Assembly: GCA_016841605.1 (NCBI GenBank)
Contig: JAENYV010000003.1
Coordinates: forward strand, 9,064 to 73,063
DNA length: 64,000 nt
Direction of reading: 5' to 3'
DNA from: Dethiobacter alkaliphilus
GTDB lineage: Bacteria; Bacillota; Dethiobacteria; DTU022; UBA8154
Below, piece after piece: positions 1 through 8,482 of this stretch. The first letter of the stretch is position 1; each line of letters begins with the position of its first letter. The translations under genes were made by a program, and so were the position numbers. The notes under the pieces were generated by a model, which made no database searches, was not told the DNA's origin, and saw only the letters and a list, made by a program, of their open reading frames with translations.

Positions 1-69
1 ATTTAATAAATCAATAGCTAATAAAGATTAAACAAGACAAGGAAAACCGGAAGGTGAAAAAAGAAAAAG

Positions 70-414
70 ATGTCTGATCCTATGATTGCAAAGGCCGCGG
101 AGGAAGGGTATCTGGAGTCAGCAGACGGGATATGGCGTAAGACCCTCGTTTACGGGGAAAAAACCTTGTTGACCGAGTTCCGGCTGCAGAAGGGCAGCAG
201 ATTACCTGCCCACAGCCATCCCCATGAGCAGACCGGTTATCTTGTTTCCGGAGAAATTATTCTGTTTTTGGCTGGAAAACGGCATGAAATAAAACCGGGG
301 GATTCCTGGTCCATCCCCGGAGATTTGGAGCACAGTGCGGAGATTTTGGCGGATTCTGTTGCTGTGGAGGTATTTTCGCCCGTGCGGGATGATTTCCTGC
401 CCGCAAAAAAATGA
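70..414 (+). CDS. cupin-domain protein (cupin_2 barrel)
   Basis: 114-aa ORF with AGGTGA RBS; H-x-H...E...H metal-binding pattern (HSHPHEQ...GDLEHS) typical of small cupins. Confidence 0.65.
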   Translation: MSDPMIAKAAEEGYLESADGIWRKTLVYGEKTLLTEFRLQKGSRLPAHSHPHEQTGYLVSGEIILFLAGKRHEIKPGDSWSIPGDLEHSAEILADSVAVEVFSPVRDDFLPAKK

Positions 415-533
415 GGTTCTTGCAGGCAGCGATCAACAGGCCGCAGGCCGGCAAGATACCCTAATGCCCAGTCGTATCGATAAAGTTAATAGACCGGAGC
501 AACATCGAATTGCTTCAGAGCAATTGATCAAAT

Positions 534-932
534 CTATGCTGTTTGTGTTTTATAACGAATGATTCCCCGGCCAAGTAATTCCAACAAGAACTTGGCTTTT
601 TCTCGCAATAATTCGTCCTTGCATCCCAGAAATTGAGAAAACGCATCTTCCTTTATCAGGGCTGCCTCGTCCAAAGTCTTCCCTTTCACCAATGTACAAA
701 GAATCTCTATGGTTACGTTGGTTATGGGATCACTGATACATTGATACTTGATATCAAAAATAATGTTGTTGACCACTTGGATATAGAGATACAAGAAATC
801 GTCCGTGTTTCCACAGACGGGGCTGACTTCACCGAAAGTTTCCAGGAAAATGGATGCATTTTCAAGTTTACCTATATGCTCAAATCCAGTTTTTAATAAT
901 TTTTGGTAATACGCTGTAACTGCTTCTTGCAT
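534..932 (-). CDS. NifU/IscU-like Fe-S cluster scaffold-domain protein (divergent)
   Basis: 132 aa; SPVCGNTDD, KYQC and GKTLDEAALI segments resemble IscU N-terminal-domain motifs; directly downstream of a cysteine desulfurase. Confidence 0.45.
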   Translation of the reverse strand: MQEAVTAYYQKLLKTGFEHIGKLENASIFLETFGEVSPVCGNTDDFLYLYIQVVNNIIFDIKYQCISDPITNVTIEILCTLVKGKTLDEAALIKEDAFSQFLGCKDELLREKAKFLLELLGRGIIRYKTQTA

Positions 933-965
933 TTCGTTATCCCCCCTAATTCACTGACTTCAAGC

Positions 966-2309
966 TTAGATATAGCCGCGCTCTTTAAATATCTCATCTA
1001 GCGTTTCCAGGAATATCCGACATTCATCCATGGTATTGTAGAAGTAGCAGGAAACCCGGTACACCATTCTATGCTCACTGTGCGATATGGGGCGGGTCCA
1101 TTCCTGTCCGAACTTCTCGTTAAAATAGGGATGCACACAGAAAACACCGTCCCTGATCATGACGTTATTCTTTTCGCTAAGCTCGGCTGCTATCCCCAAC
1201 GCATTCGGCCGTTTGACTTCGAAGGTCAAGATTCCGCCCCTTTGTGACGCATTTTGGGGGCCGATGATTCTGAACCATCCCGTATCTCCATAACGGTTTA
1301 TCAGTTCCTCGGTCAGAAAATGGTTCAAGCTGCCTTCATGCTCCCTTATCCTGTCCATTCCAATCTGCTGTAGGTATTGAACAGCTACTCCCGAGGCAAT
1401 CTGGGCGGGGTAATTCTGAATTCCTGCTTCGAATCTATACGGCGGAAGCATAAGGGTGTAGTAATGATATGTCGAATTGGCGACTGTTCCACCGCCCTGA
1501 ATGACAGGTGCGATCACATGATCCGCCTCATCCTCTTCATGGGGATTTTGTCCAAGAAGTTCTTTTTTCCCATAAAGCACACCCACCCCTCGCGGCCCAC
1601 ACATCTTATGAAGTGAAAAAGCCAGGAAATCGACGTCCAGGTTCTGAACGTCAATCGTTTGGTGGGGCGCGGTCTGAGCGCCGTCCAGGAGTACCAGGGC
1701 ACCGTATTGATGTGCAATTTTGGTTATTTCTTTTGCAGGTATGGTATAACCGGTTATGTTTGACGTGTAGGCCATACTGACCAATCTGACCCGGTCCGTT
1801 TTCATCTTCCGCTCGAAAGCATCTAGATCAAAGTCATCCTGTTCATTGGGTACTGTAAAATCAACCTTGATACGTCCAGTTTTCTGCAACTTCAGCCAGG
1901 GAAGCAAATTCGAATTGTGTTCCTTATCGGTCAGTAAAACAACATCCCCGGGCTGGAATGGAAAACCAAGTGCCACCATATTGAGGGCATGAGTTGTATT
2001 CATGGTAAAAATGATTTCTTTTTCAGAACCCGCGTTGATAAACTCGGCAATGATCCGGCGTGGCCCCTTTATGCCCTTTCCGGAATTTCCTTCAATGCGT
2101 TCGGAAACCTCTTGGGCAAACCAATGACGGCTTCTTGTGCCGCTACATGAGGGATATTCCGTATAATACTCTTGAATTGCCTCAATGACCTGTCTGGGCA
2201 CCATGGTTGTGCACGCATTATCCAGATAAATGGGGGGTTTCCCCTTTCTCTGTCTCTTAAGTGAGGGAAAGTTTTCTCTACATTCCTCAATTGATTTTCT
2301 GCTATCCAT
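966..2309 (-). CDS. cysteine desulfurase, class V aminotransferase (SufS/CsdA-like)
   Basis: PLP-lysine motif SLHKMCGPRGVGVLYG and class V fold-type architecture; start moved to the internal ATG at 2307-2309 (MDSRKS...) because the ORF-track N-terminus has no RBS. Confidence 0.8.
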   Translation of the reverse strand: MDSRKSIEECRENFPSLKRQRKGKPPIYLDNACTTMVPRQVIEAIQEYYTEYPSCSGTRSRHWFAQEVSERIEGNSGKGIKGPRRIIAEFINAGSEKEIIFTMNTTHALNMVALGFPFQPGDVVLLTDKEHNSNLLPWLKLQKTGRIKVDFTVPNEQDDFDLDAFERKMKTDRVRLVSMAYTSNITGYTIPAKEITKIAHQYGALVLLDGAQTAPHQTIDVQNLDVDFLAFSLHKMCGPRGVGVLYGKKELLGQNPHEEDEADHVIAPVIQGGGTVANSTYHYYTLMLPPYRFEAGIQNYPAQIASGVAVQYLQQIGMDRIREHEGSLNHFLTEELINRYGDTGWFRIIGPQNASQRGGILTFEVKRPNALGIAAELSEKNNVMIRDGVFCVHPYFNEKFGQEWTRPISHSEHRMVYRVSCYFYNTMDECRIFLETLDEIFKERGYI

Positions 2310-2400
2310 ACTGTTCCGCCTCGTCCTGGTAACCTGGTTTATTATTGCTATTACCAAAGGTTCCAATTGTTTTTATTAAAAGCAGTATCACCTTTATATT

Positions 2401-2562
2401 TTATTTGGATTTTTCATTTTCTCCAGGTAAAATTTTAAAGTCACAACAGCCCTTTTTACCCGCCTCTTCTTTTACTTCAACAATTTTCATGTCACAACAT
2501 CCTGACTTTGGCCTTTTAAGAAAGCCAAACAAACCCTTCTTTTCTTTTTTTTCTGTTTTCAT
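2401..2562 (-). CDS. 53-aa Cys-rich small peptide with two tandem GCCD-x-KI repeats
   Basis: Hand-translated ORF missing from the ORF track: MKTEKKEKKGLFGFLKRPKSGCCDMKIVEVKEEAGKKGCCDFKILPGENEKSK. GGAGG RBS 8 nt upstream. The motif recurs at the N-terminus of the next gene. Confidence 0.45.
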   Translation of the reverse strand: MKTEKKEKKGLFGFLKRPKSGCCDMKIVEVKEEAGKKGCCDFKILPGENEKSK

Positions 2563-2592
2563 TTTCAAACATCCTCCGGTATTATCTTTCTA

Positions 2593-2841
2593 TTATTTGG
2601 ATTTAGCCAAATAGCGTTTATATTCCGCAAACAAAGCTCTCTTGTATTCTCTTTCAGCACTTTCCGGGACATAATTTTTTTGTTGCACTATATCCAACAG
2701 TTTTTCAGTAGCTTTTTCATCCGCTAAGTCAAGGTCCTTTATATCCAGAAAAGCTTGTTCTAATCCGAACAAACCTACCTGTATACCGCCAACGTTTAGC
2801 TTATAGATCTTAGGTGCATTAGGATCACAACAGCTGCTCAT
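2593..2841 (-). CDS. 82-aa protein with N-terminal vicinal-cysteine motif (SSCCDPNAPKIYKL); uncharacterised
   Basis: ORF directly downstream of the ArsP-like permease; its N-terminal CCD..KI motif matches the repeats of the 53-aa peptide. Confidence 0.55.
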   Translation of the reverse strand: MSSCCDPNAPKIYKLNVGGIQVGLFGLEQAFLDIKDLDLADEKATEKLLDIVQQKNYVPESAEREYKRALFAEYKRYLAKSK

Positions 2842-2865
2842 ATATATATCTTTCCTCCTTTCATT

Positions 2866-3786
2866 TTATAATAATGGGTGAAGAGTTTGGAAAATGCACC
2901 CGGTCAGGATAGCCACAGTGAGAATCGTAACCGCAAAGGTAGCCACCAACCTGGGCTTAAATATTGATGCCAATAGGGTTAATTCAGGAATACTTGCTCC
3001 CGCTCCGCCGATTATCAGCGCCAATAACGTTCCCAGACTCATACCTTTGGCCAGCAATACAGAAGCAATAGGGATCAAAGTTTCAACCCGAATATACATG
3101 GGAACTCCAATGACGGCAGCAACCGGTATCGCAAGAGGGTTACCCGGTCCGGCCACTTTAATGATGAATTGCTCCGGCACAAAACCGTAAATAAACGAAC
3201 CGATAGCGGCACCTATAATTAAGTAAGGAACGACCTGAAGAAATAAGGCCCACGTTTGCATACCGGCACGTATCACCTTTTCTTTTTTAGTTAACGGTTC
3301 ATCATTTGATCCATCTTCTGTACAACAACCAAATTGGATGCGTACATTTTTATATGTGCCGGCTAGACCCATTCGCTCCCATAATGCTCCAATGAAAACA
3401 GCTAAAATAAAAGTTATTATCCCATAAAGAAGAGTAAATTTCCAACCCATCATAGTTAGAAAAAGTATAAGTATGACCGGATTAAGAAGAGGTGAAGAAA
3501 TTAGAAAGGACATGGATGCACCAAAAGGGGCGCCTCCGTTAAGTAAACCTACCAAGATGGGAATGGTGGAGCAGGAGCAAAAAGGGGTAAGTGCCCCTAA
3601 AGCAGCCCCCAGTATATTTCCAAGCCACTTTTTCGGTTTTGTGAGAAACCGTTTTATTGTTTCTTCGCTGACAAACTCCTGGAGCAAAGCAATCAGAAAA
3701 GAGATACCAATGAATAACGCCAGCAGTTCACCGGTGATCAAGAGAAAGTACTTTCCTGCAATAACGAGATTATTTATCTCAAACAT
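2866..3786 (-). CDS. arsP: DUF318/COG0701 permease, ArsP-like (putative organoarsenical efflux permease)
   Basis: 306-aa polytopic membrane protein with the ArsP signature TPFCSCSTIP; sits in an ars island next to padR. Confidence 0.7.
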   Translation of the reverse strand: MFEINNLVIAGKYFLLITGELLALFIGISFLIALLQEFVSEETIKRFLTKPKKWLGNILGAALGALTPFCSCSTIPILVGLLNGGAPFGASMSFLISSPLLNPVILILFLTMMGWKFTLLYGIITFILAVFIGALWERMGLAGTYKNVRIQFGCCTEDGSNDEPLTKKEKVIRAGMQTWALFLQVVPYLIIGAAIGSFIYGFVPEQFIIKVAGPGNPLAIPVAAVIGVPMYIRVETLIPIASVLLAKGMSLGTLLALIIGGAGASIPELTLLASIFKPRLVATFAVTILTVAILTGCIFQTLHPLL

Positions 3787-3804
3787 AATAATCCCTCTTG
3801 TCCG

Positions 3805-4158
3805 TTATTCTTCTTTTCCCAACCCCAGGATATAGACGGCAACTTCTCTCCATGCCGCTGAAGCCACTTGATATGCACGTTCCCCGGCAGATGTAATTGT
3901 ATACACTTTTCGTTCACGCCCGGAAACCACCTGGGTAGTTAAATTGACCATTCCGGCATCCGTAAACTCTTTTAATACCGGATAAAGACTTCCCTCAGTA
4001 GGTGCACAACAACCATTTGTAAGAGATGAAACATGCTTGGTTATTTCATAGCCGTGTAGCGATTGCTGGTTAAGCACATGTAAGATAAAGAAACGGGAAA
4101 GGCTCATTTTAATCAGGCTGGCCCAGTATTCCGGAGACTCATATTTAGTATCATTCAT
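3805..4158 (-). CDS. PadR-family transcriptional regulator
   Basis: 117 aa with the PadR winged-helix signature (FFILHVL...HGYEI...GSLYPVL..E..G). Confidence 0.8.
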   Translation of the reverse strand: MNDTKYESPEYWASLIKMSLSRFFILHVLNQQSLHGYEITKHVSSLTNGCCAPTEGSLYPVLKEFTDAGMVNLTTQVVSGRERKVYTITSAGERAYQVASAAWREVAVYILGLGKEE

Positions 4159-4204
4159 TAAATAGTAACTACTCCTTATATATTATCCTTTGATGTATAT
4201 GCCC

Positions 4205-4245
4205 CAAATATATTATGATTTGTATAACATAATTTGTCAAGAAGA
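4205..4245 (-). promoter_or_regulatory. sigma-A-type promoter with embedded PadR-like operator (ATGA-N8-ACAT) upstream of padR
   Basis: Minus strand reads TTGACA, a 17-nt spacer, then CATAAT; the spacer contains ATGTTATACAAATCAT, which matches the PadR ATGT-N8-ACAT consensus with one mismatch. Confidence 0.4.
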
Positions 4246-4371
4246 AATTATGAATGAAGCATTGCCCCCTGGTTTTTTTAATTGTATCGTGCCCGCTAAA
4301 CCCTGGACTTGCTTCCGGAATTGCTTAATCCCCACTTTTGCCCCAGTGCACTTTGCTTCTTACCGTTACAG

Positions 4372-5436
4372 TCAACTTTTTTGCAGCATCGAGGGAAACC
4401 AGTATTTTGTTCTTAGACAGAAACTTACAAGTAAAAGCATAATGGGAACCTCAATCAGTACCCCCACAACCGTGGAAAGTGCGGCCCCCGATTCCAGGCC
4501 GAAGAGGGTAATTGCGGTGGCGATGGCTACCTCGAAGTGGTTGCTGGCGCCGATCATTGAAGCAGGAGCGGCTTCTTCATAAGTGATGCCTATTATTTTG
4601 GAGGCGCCGTAACCCAGCCAAAAAATAAATAGCGTCTGGATAACGAGAGGAACGGCAATCAAGGCCACTACGAGGGGGAAACGCAGTATTACTTCTCCCT
4701 GCAGCATAAAGAGGAAGATAAGAGTGGCCAAAAGGGCGAGAATGGAGATGTTGCCCATGTTTTTTATAAAGACACCCTCATACCATTCCATACCCTTACT
4801 TTTAATGAGTCGGGTACGGGTAAAGTAGCCGGCTACCAGGGAAACACCCACATAAAGCAGAACACTGTAAAAGATGGTCATAAAAGGGACAACCATCTCG
4901 GCAACACCTAGTAAAAAATTGCCGAGGGGAGCATAGAGGACCAGCATGGTGAGAGAGTTAATGGCGACCATAACCAGTGTCAGCCCCATAAATCCTCTGG
5001 AGAGATAGCACCAGACCAGTACCATGGCAGTACAGGGTGCTATCCCTAAAAGGATCATCCCGGCAATATATTCCGTAGCCATATTATATTCCATATATGG
5101 AGCCCAGATGATGCGCATGAACAGCCACGCAAAGAAAAACATGGTAAAAGGCTTGATGCCCCAATTTATTATTAAAGTCATAAGAACCGGTTTGGGCGCC
5201 TTGACGGCGTTAACCACTTCGCTAAAGTCGATCTGCAACATAATGGGGTACATCATGGCAAAGAGAAAGATAGCGACAGGAATATTGACCTGGGCTACCT
5301 GCAGAGAGTTGAGCAGCTGCGCGGAGGCCGGAAAAGCTGCCCCCAGGCCGATCCCCGCTAATATACATAAAGCAACCCAAACTGTTAAATACTTGTGAAA
5401 AAAACTCAGCTGATACTCTTTTGTTTCATTCATCAT
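4372..5436 (-). CDS. acr3: arsenite efflux transporter, ACR3 family
   Basis: N-terminus LSFFHKYLTVWVALCILAGIGLGAAFP matches the conserved ACR3 start; ~10 TM segments; start placed at ATG 5434-5436, which has a GGAGG RBS. Confidence 0.85.
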   Translation of the reverse strand: MMNETKEYQLSFFHKYLTVWVALCILAGIGLGAAFPASAQLLNSLQVAQVNIPVAIFLFAMMYPIMLQIDFSEVVNAVKAPKPVLMTLIINWGIKPFTMFFFAWLFMRIIWAPYMEYNMATEYIAGMILLGIAPCTAMVLVWCYLSRGFMGLTLVMVAINSLTMLVLYAPLGNFLLGVAEMVVPFMTIFYSVLLYVGVSLVAGYFTRTRLIKSKGMEWYEGVFIKNMGNISILALLATLIFLFMLQGEVILRFPLVVALIAVPLVIQTLFIFWLGYGASKIIGITYEEAAPASMIGASNHFEVAIATAITLFGLESGAALSTVVGVLIEVPIMLLLVSFCLRTKYWFPSMLQKS

Positions 5437-5478
5437 TCGAAGCCTCCACAGAAAAATTAATCTACGCGCCACCTGTTT

Positions 5479-6654
5479 TTATCCGGGGAAAAAAGCACCG
5501 TAAAGCAAACCCGCCAGAGTAGACATGAGAACCACCAGAGCGACATAAACCAGCGTTTTGGGGGTTCCCATTACGCTGCGGATAACCAGCATGTTGGGTA
5601 GACTCAGCGCCGGTCCCGCCAACAGCAGGGCGAGGGCGGGACCCTGGCCCATCCCCAGGCCGAGAAGTCCCTGCATAATGGGAATTTCGGTCAGGGTGGC
5701 AAAATACATAAATGCACCGACAATAGAGGCTAAAAAATTGGCCTGCAGGGAGTTGCCTCCCACTGCCGTTTCAATAACGCCTGAGGGGATAAGGCCCGCT
5801 TCAACTCCGGGGCGCCCCATGAGCAACCCTGCCACAAGGACACCACCGAAAAGCAGCGGCAGGATCTGCTTGGCAAAAGTCCAGCTGGCATCTACCCAGC
5901 TGAGGCGTTCATAATCTTCAAACCAGCGCACCAGAACAAAAGCGAGTATCCCCAACAGGATAATAACCAGGTACCACTTGATGGCGAAGATAAAATTCCA
6001 GAAACCTGTCGCCTCCTGCGGCCTTCCCCAGGCTGCAAAGATCAGGATGAGTACGAGCACCACAAAATAAAAGAGGTTCTGGGCCGGGCTGCGCCTTTCT
6101 TCCTGGTCAAACATCTGCCCCATTGATGCTTTAGCTTTTTCTGCTTCCTCATGACGGTAAATAAAAGCCATGAACAGCCCGATTACCACGGCAAAAAGAA
6201 CGGCCCCCACAGCCCTGGCCAGACCCAGCTGCCAGCCCAAAACCCGCGCCGTGAGAATTATGGCCAGGATGTTAATAGCCGGGCCGGAGTACAGGAAAGC
6301 GGTGGCCGGGCCGATCCCCGCTCCTTTTTTCCAGATGCCGGCAAATAGAGGCAGTACCGTGCATGAGCATACCGCGAGGATACCTCCGGAAACGGAGGCC
6401 ACTGAGTAGGCAAGGTATTTGGGAGCTCCTCCTCCGAAGTACTTGAGAACCGCGCCCTGGGAAACAAAAATAGAAATAGCCCCGGCAATAAAAAAAGCGG
6501 GTACCAGGCAGAAAAGGACATGTTCCCGGGCATATTCCTGCAGCATATGGAATGCTTCCAGAATAGAGACCTGCACTAGCGTATTGTTGAATGGGACAAA
6601 ATAGGCTGCCAGAAATACGCCTACAATCAGTGTTAACTTATGCCATTCCTTCAT
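5479..6654 (-). CDS. DUF318/COG0701 family permease (second ArsP-like paralog)
   Basis: 391-aa membrane protein with a conserved AVCSCTVLP motif, analogous to the ArsP CSCS motif; AGGAG RBS. Confidence 0.65.
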   Translation of the reverse strand: MKEWHKLTLIVGVFLAAYFVPFNNTLVQVSILEAFHMLQEYAREHVLFCLVPAFFIAGAISIFVSQGAVLKYFGGGAPKYLAYSVASVSGGILAVCSCTVLPLFAGIWKKGAGIGPATAFLYSGPAINILAIILTARVLGWQLGLARAVGAVLFAVVIGLFMAFIYRHEEAEKAKASMGQMFDQEERRSPAQNLFYFVVLVLILIFAAWGRPQEATGFWNFIFAIKWYLVIILLGILAFVLVRWFEDYERLSWVDASWTFAKQILPLLFGGVLVAGLLMGRPGVEAGLIPSGVIETAVGGNSLQANFLASIVGAFMYFATLTEIPIMQGLLGLGMGQGPALALLLAGPALSLPNMLVIRSVMGTPKTLVYVALVVLMSTLAGLLYGAFFPG

Positions 6655-6721
6655 TTATCTTCATCTCCTGATAACTGTTATTTAACCGGCTTTCGGGAAT
6701 ACCCGGTTAAAGGCTAATTTT

Positions 6722-6930
6722 TTATGATAGCTCTTCCTTAATCCACTTTTTAATTTCTTCTTTGCGGGGTACACGGCCGAATACTTTGACTTTTTCGTTT
6801 ACCACCAGTCCCGGAGTCATCATGATATCGTGCTCCATGATTTTATCCATAAGCATTAATAATTAAAAACATGGCCAATTCCAGTAAATAAAACAGACAG
6901 ATCAAGTCTCAAAATGAGCAGGATTTTAGA
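6722..6930 (-). pseudogene. decayed thioredoxin-fold 'redox-active disulfide protein 2' (TM0996/MTH895-like) remnant
   Basis: A 44-codon ORF (MLMDKIMEHDIMMTPGLVVNEKVKVFGRVPRKEEIKKWIKEEL) matches the C-terminal half of that family. The upstream out-of-frame segment reads ..DLSVLFTGIGHV.., resembling a mutated VLGTGCxxC active site. Confidence 0.4.
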
Positions 6931-6933
6931 GTT

Positions 6934-7359
6934 TTACTCTATCAGTTCTCTAATTATGTCCTGAACAAGCTTAGAAATTTGATCCCTGACCGCTCGGAAT
7001 TTAGCCATTTTTTCAACATCTGATCCCTCTGCTCCGGCCGGGTCTTCCAAAGGCCAGTGACGCTTTTGAACCTTCCCCGCTACTACCGGGCAGCTTTCCC
7101 GGGCATCTCCGCACAGGGTTATAATGTAATCAGCTTGATCCAGTATATTCTTATCGATAGCTTTAGAAATTTGAGCGGATATATCTATCCCGGCTTCTTT
7201 CATTACAGCAACAGCCTTGGGGTTAACACCGGCAGGGGAGATCCCGGCGCTGTAAACTTCCATGCCATCTCCGCCAAAGTATCTGGCAAAGCCCTCCGCC
7301 ATCTGGCTGCGGCATGAGTTGCCGGTGCACAAAAAAACTATTTTAATCTTGGGTTTCAT
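6934..7359 (-). CDS. arsC: arsenate reductase ArsC (thioredoxin-coupled, LMW-PTP family)
   Basis: MKPKIKIVFLCTGNSCRSQMAEG P-loop plus the LCGDARESCP Cys pair; G-run RBS before ATG 7357-7359. The 202-aa ORF-track version reads through A8/G7/A7 homopolymers into upstream sequence. Confidence 0.9.
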   Translation of the reverse strand: MKPKIKIVFLCTGNSCRSQMAEGFARYFGGDGMEVYSAGISPAGVNPKAVAVMKEAGIDISAQISKAIDKNILDQADYIITLCGDARESCPVVAGKVQKRHWPLEDPAGAEGSDVEKMAKFRAVRDQISKLVQDIIRELIE

Positions 7360-7504
7360 TTTTTTGTAATCCCCCCCATTTTTTTTGTTGAAGTCGACCG
7401 TATACGGTCTTCCTTTTACCTGGACTGTTATCTTTTCATTTATCTTTTCAGCAGTTTGTCGTTTTAGTAATATGGCTAAACTAGCCATCAGAGCCACCGC
7501 CTCA

Positions 7505-7780
7505 TCACCGAATAGTTTTCTTAATTTGGATCTCATCTCCATCTTTTATTTCTTTAGCGGGACCTTCTGCATCTACTTTCTTTTTATTAACCAGCACTTC
7601 AATATTTGAATGCAGTGCCGGCGCATCTCCTATCTCATAAAATAGAATGTCTTTCATTTTGGGTAAAAGGCTTACAAGATGGTTGAGGCATTCGCCCACT
7701 GTTTTGCCATTTACCTCAAATTCCTGTTTTCCTTTCGTAATGACAGACAGGCTGCTTTGAAGATATAACTTTATACTCAT
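7505..7780 (-). CDS. MoaD/ThiS-like beta-grasp small protein (no C-terminal GG)
   Basis: 91 aa (MSIKLYLQ...KDGDEIQIKKTIR); the C-terminal DGDE-I-x-I pattern is MoaD-like; start overlaps the arsR stop. Confidence 0.45.
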   Translation of the reverse strand: MSIKLYLQSSLSVITKGKQEFEVNGKTVGECLNHLVSLLPKMKDILFYEIGDAPALHSNIEVLVNKKKVDAEGPAKEIKDGDEIQIKKTIR

Positions 7781-8181
7781 CTCAGGGTACCTCCTGCAGT
7801 AGAAGTTTTGCTTGCCAGGCACCCCGTGCCCCCTCTGGTAACGCACGCGGGACCAATGCGTTCAGCTTTCTTAAGCCTCTCAAGATCCTCCTTTGTGACA
7901 GGGCTGCTTTCGAGAGCCCGCATGATGCCGGTCAGTATGTCGTTAACATAATTTTTCGTCTGGTCGGTATCAATGGAGTAAAGCGCCCAGCGGCCCTCCC
8001 TCCTTAAGTTGAGCAGTCCCGTATCGTAAAGGGCGCTCAATATCCGCGATGCCTTGGACTGAGAAATCTCCATAACCTGCATTACCTCGCATACGCAACA
8101 CTCCCTTTCCTGGAGAAGGTTGAGGACTCTGAGCCTCGACTCGTCGGAAAGGACTTTAAGCAACTTCGTAAGTTTTCTCAT
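7777..8181 (-). CDS. arsR: ArsR/SmtB-family metalloregulator
   Basis: HTH with metal-binding ECCVCEV motif (the ELCVCDL equivalent); first gene of the arsR-arsC unit. Confidence 0.85.
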   Translation of the reverse strand: MRKLTKLLKVLSDESRLRVLNLLQERECCVCEVMQVMEISQSKASRILSALYDTGLLNLRREGRWALYSIDTDQTKNYVNDILTGIMRALESSPVTKEDLERLKKAERIGPACVTRGGTGCLASKTSTAGGTLR

Positions 8182-8194
8182 AAAAAAACCTCCA

Positions 8195-8240
8195 GCAAAT
8201 TCAAATGCATATTATTGCATATATGCATATAATAGCTTGC
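8195..8240 (-). promoter_or_regulatory. putative arsR promoter/operator (repeated ATGCAT palindromes)
   Basis: AAATGCATATTATTGCATATATGCATATAAT lies immediately upstream of the arsR RBS; it carries three palindromic ATGCAT/TATGCATA units and a -10-like TAATAT. Confidence 0.35.
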
Positions 8241-8482
8241 CCAGGACTTTTTGTCAATGTTCTTAAAGAAGAAAGTTAAAAGGTGACATGAACTTTTTGG
8301 GGCCAACGAAAGACTCCTTTTGTTGTTGTACTTAAATAAGCAAAACACTACGGGAAAACCCGTACAAAGAAAAATGGCACGATAATTGTTCCATGCCATT
8401 TAGTAAAAGACTTTATTTCTTATTTCTTATTTCTTTACACTTTTTATTAATTTCCTGATAGGCAAGTTTCATCGCATCAATG

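Noticed and set aside
1377-1780. Plus-strand ORFs inside the cysteine desulfurase gene (79, 90 aa)
   Set aside because: Antisense shadow ORFs of a well-supported minus-strand gene.
4190-4582. 130-aa plus-strand ORF
   Set aside because: Antisense to the 3-prime end of acr3 and the padR promoter; no RBS; shadow ORF.
7499-7530. Selenocysteine or readthrough recoding at the tandem TGA-TGA ending the beta-grasp gene (would expose a Gly-Gly-Gly tail)
   Set aside because: No obvious SECIS-like hairpin follows. Two consecutive Sec codons would be unprecedented. More parsimonious as a genuine stop or gene decay; kept only as a low-interest note.
6934-7542. 202-aa ORF-track version of ArsC with a 61-aa N-terminal extension
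   Set aside because: The extension has no RBS and overlaps the upstream beta-grasp gene in another frame. It is joined only by reading through A8/G7/A7 homopolymers that form the true arsC RBS. ArsC is called from ATG 7357-7359.
8178-8399. 73-aa minus-strand ORF upstream of arsR
   Set aside because: It lies entirely within the AT-rich arsR promoter/operator region, has no RBS and is low-complexity; likely non-coding.
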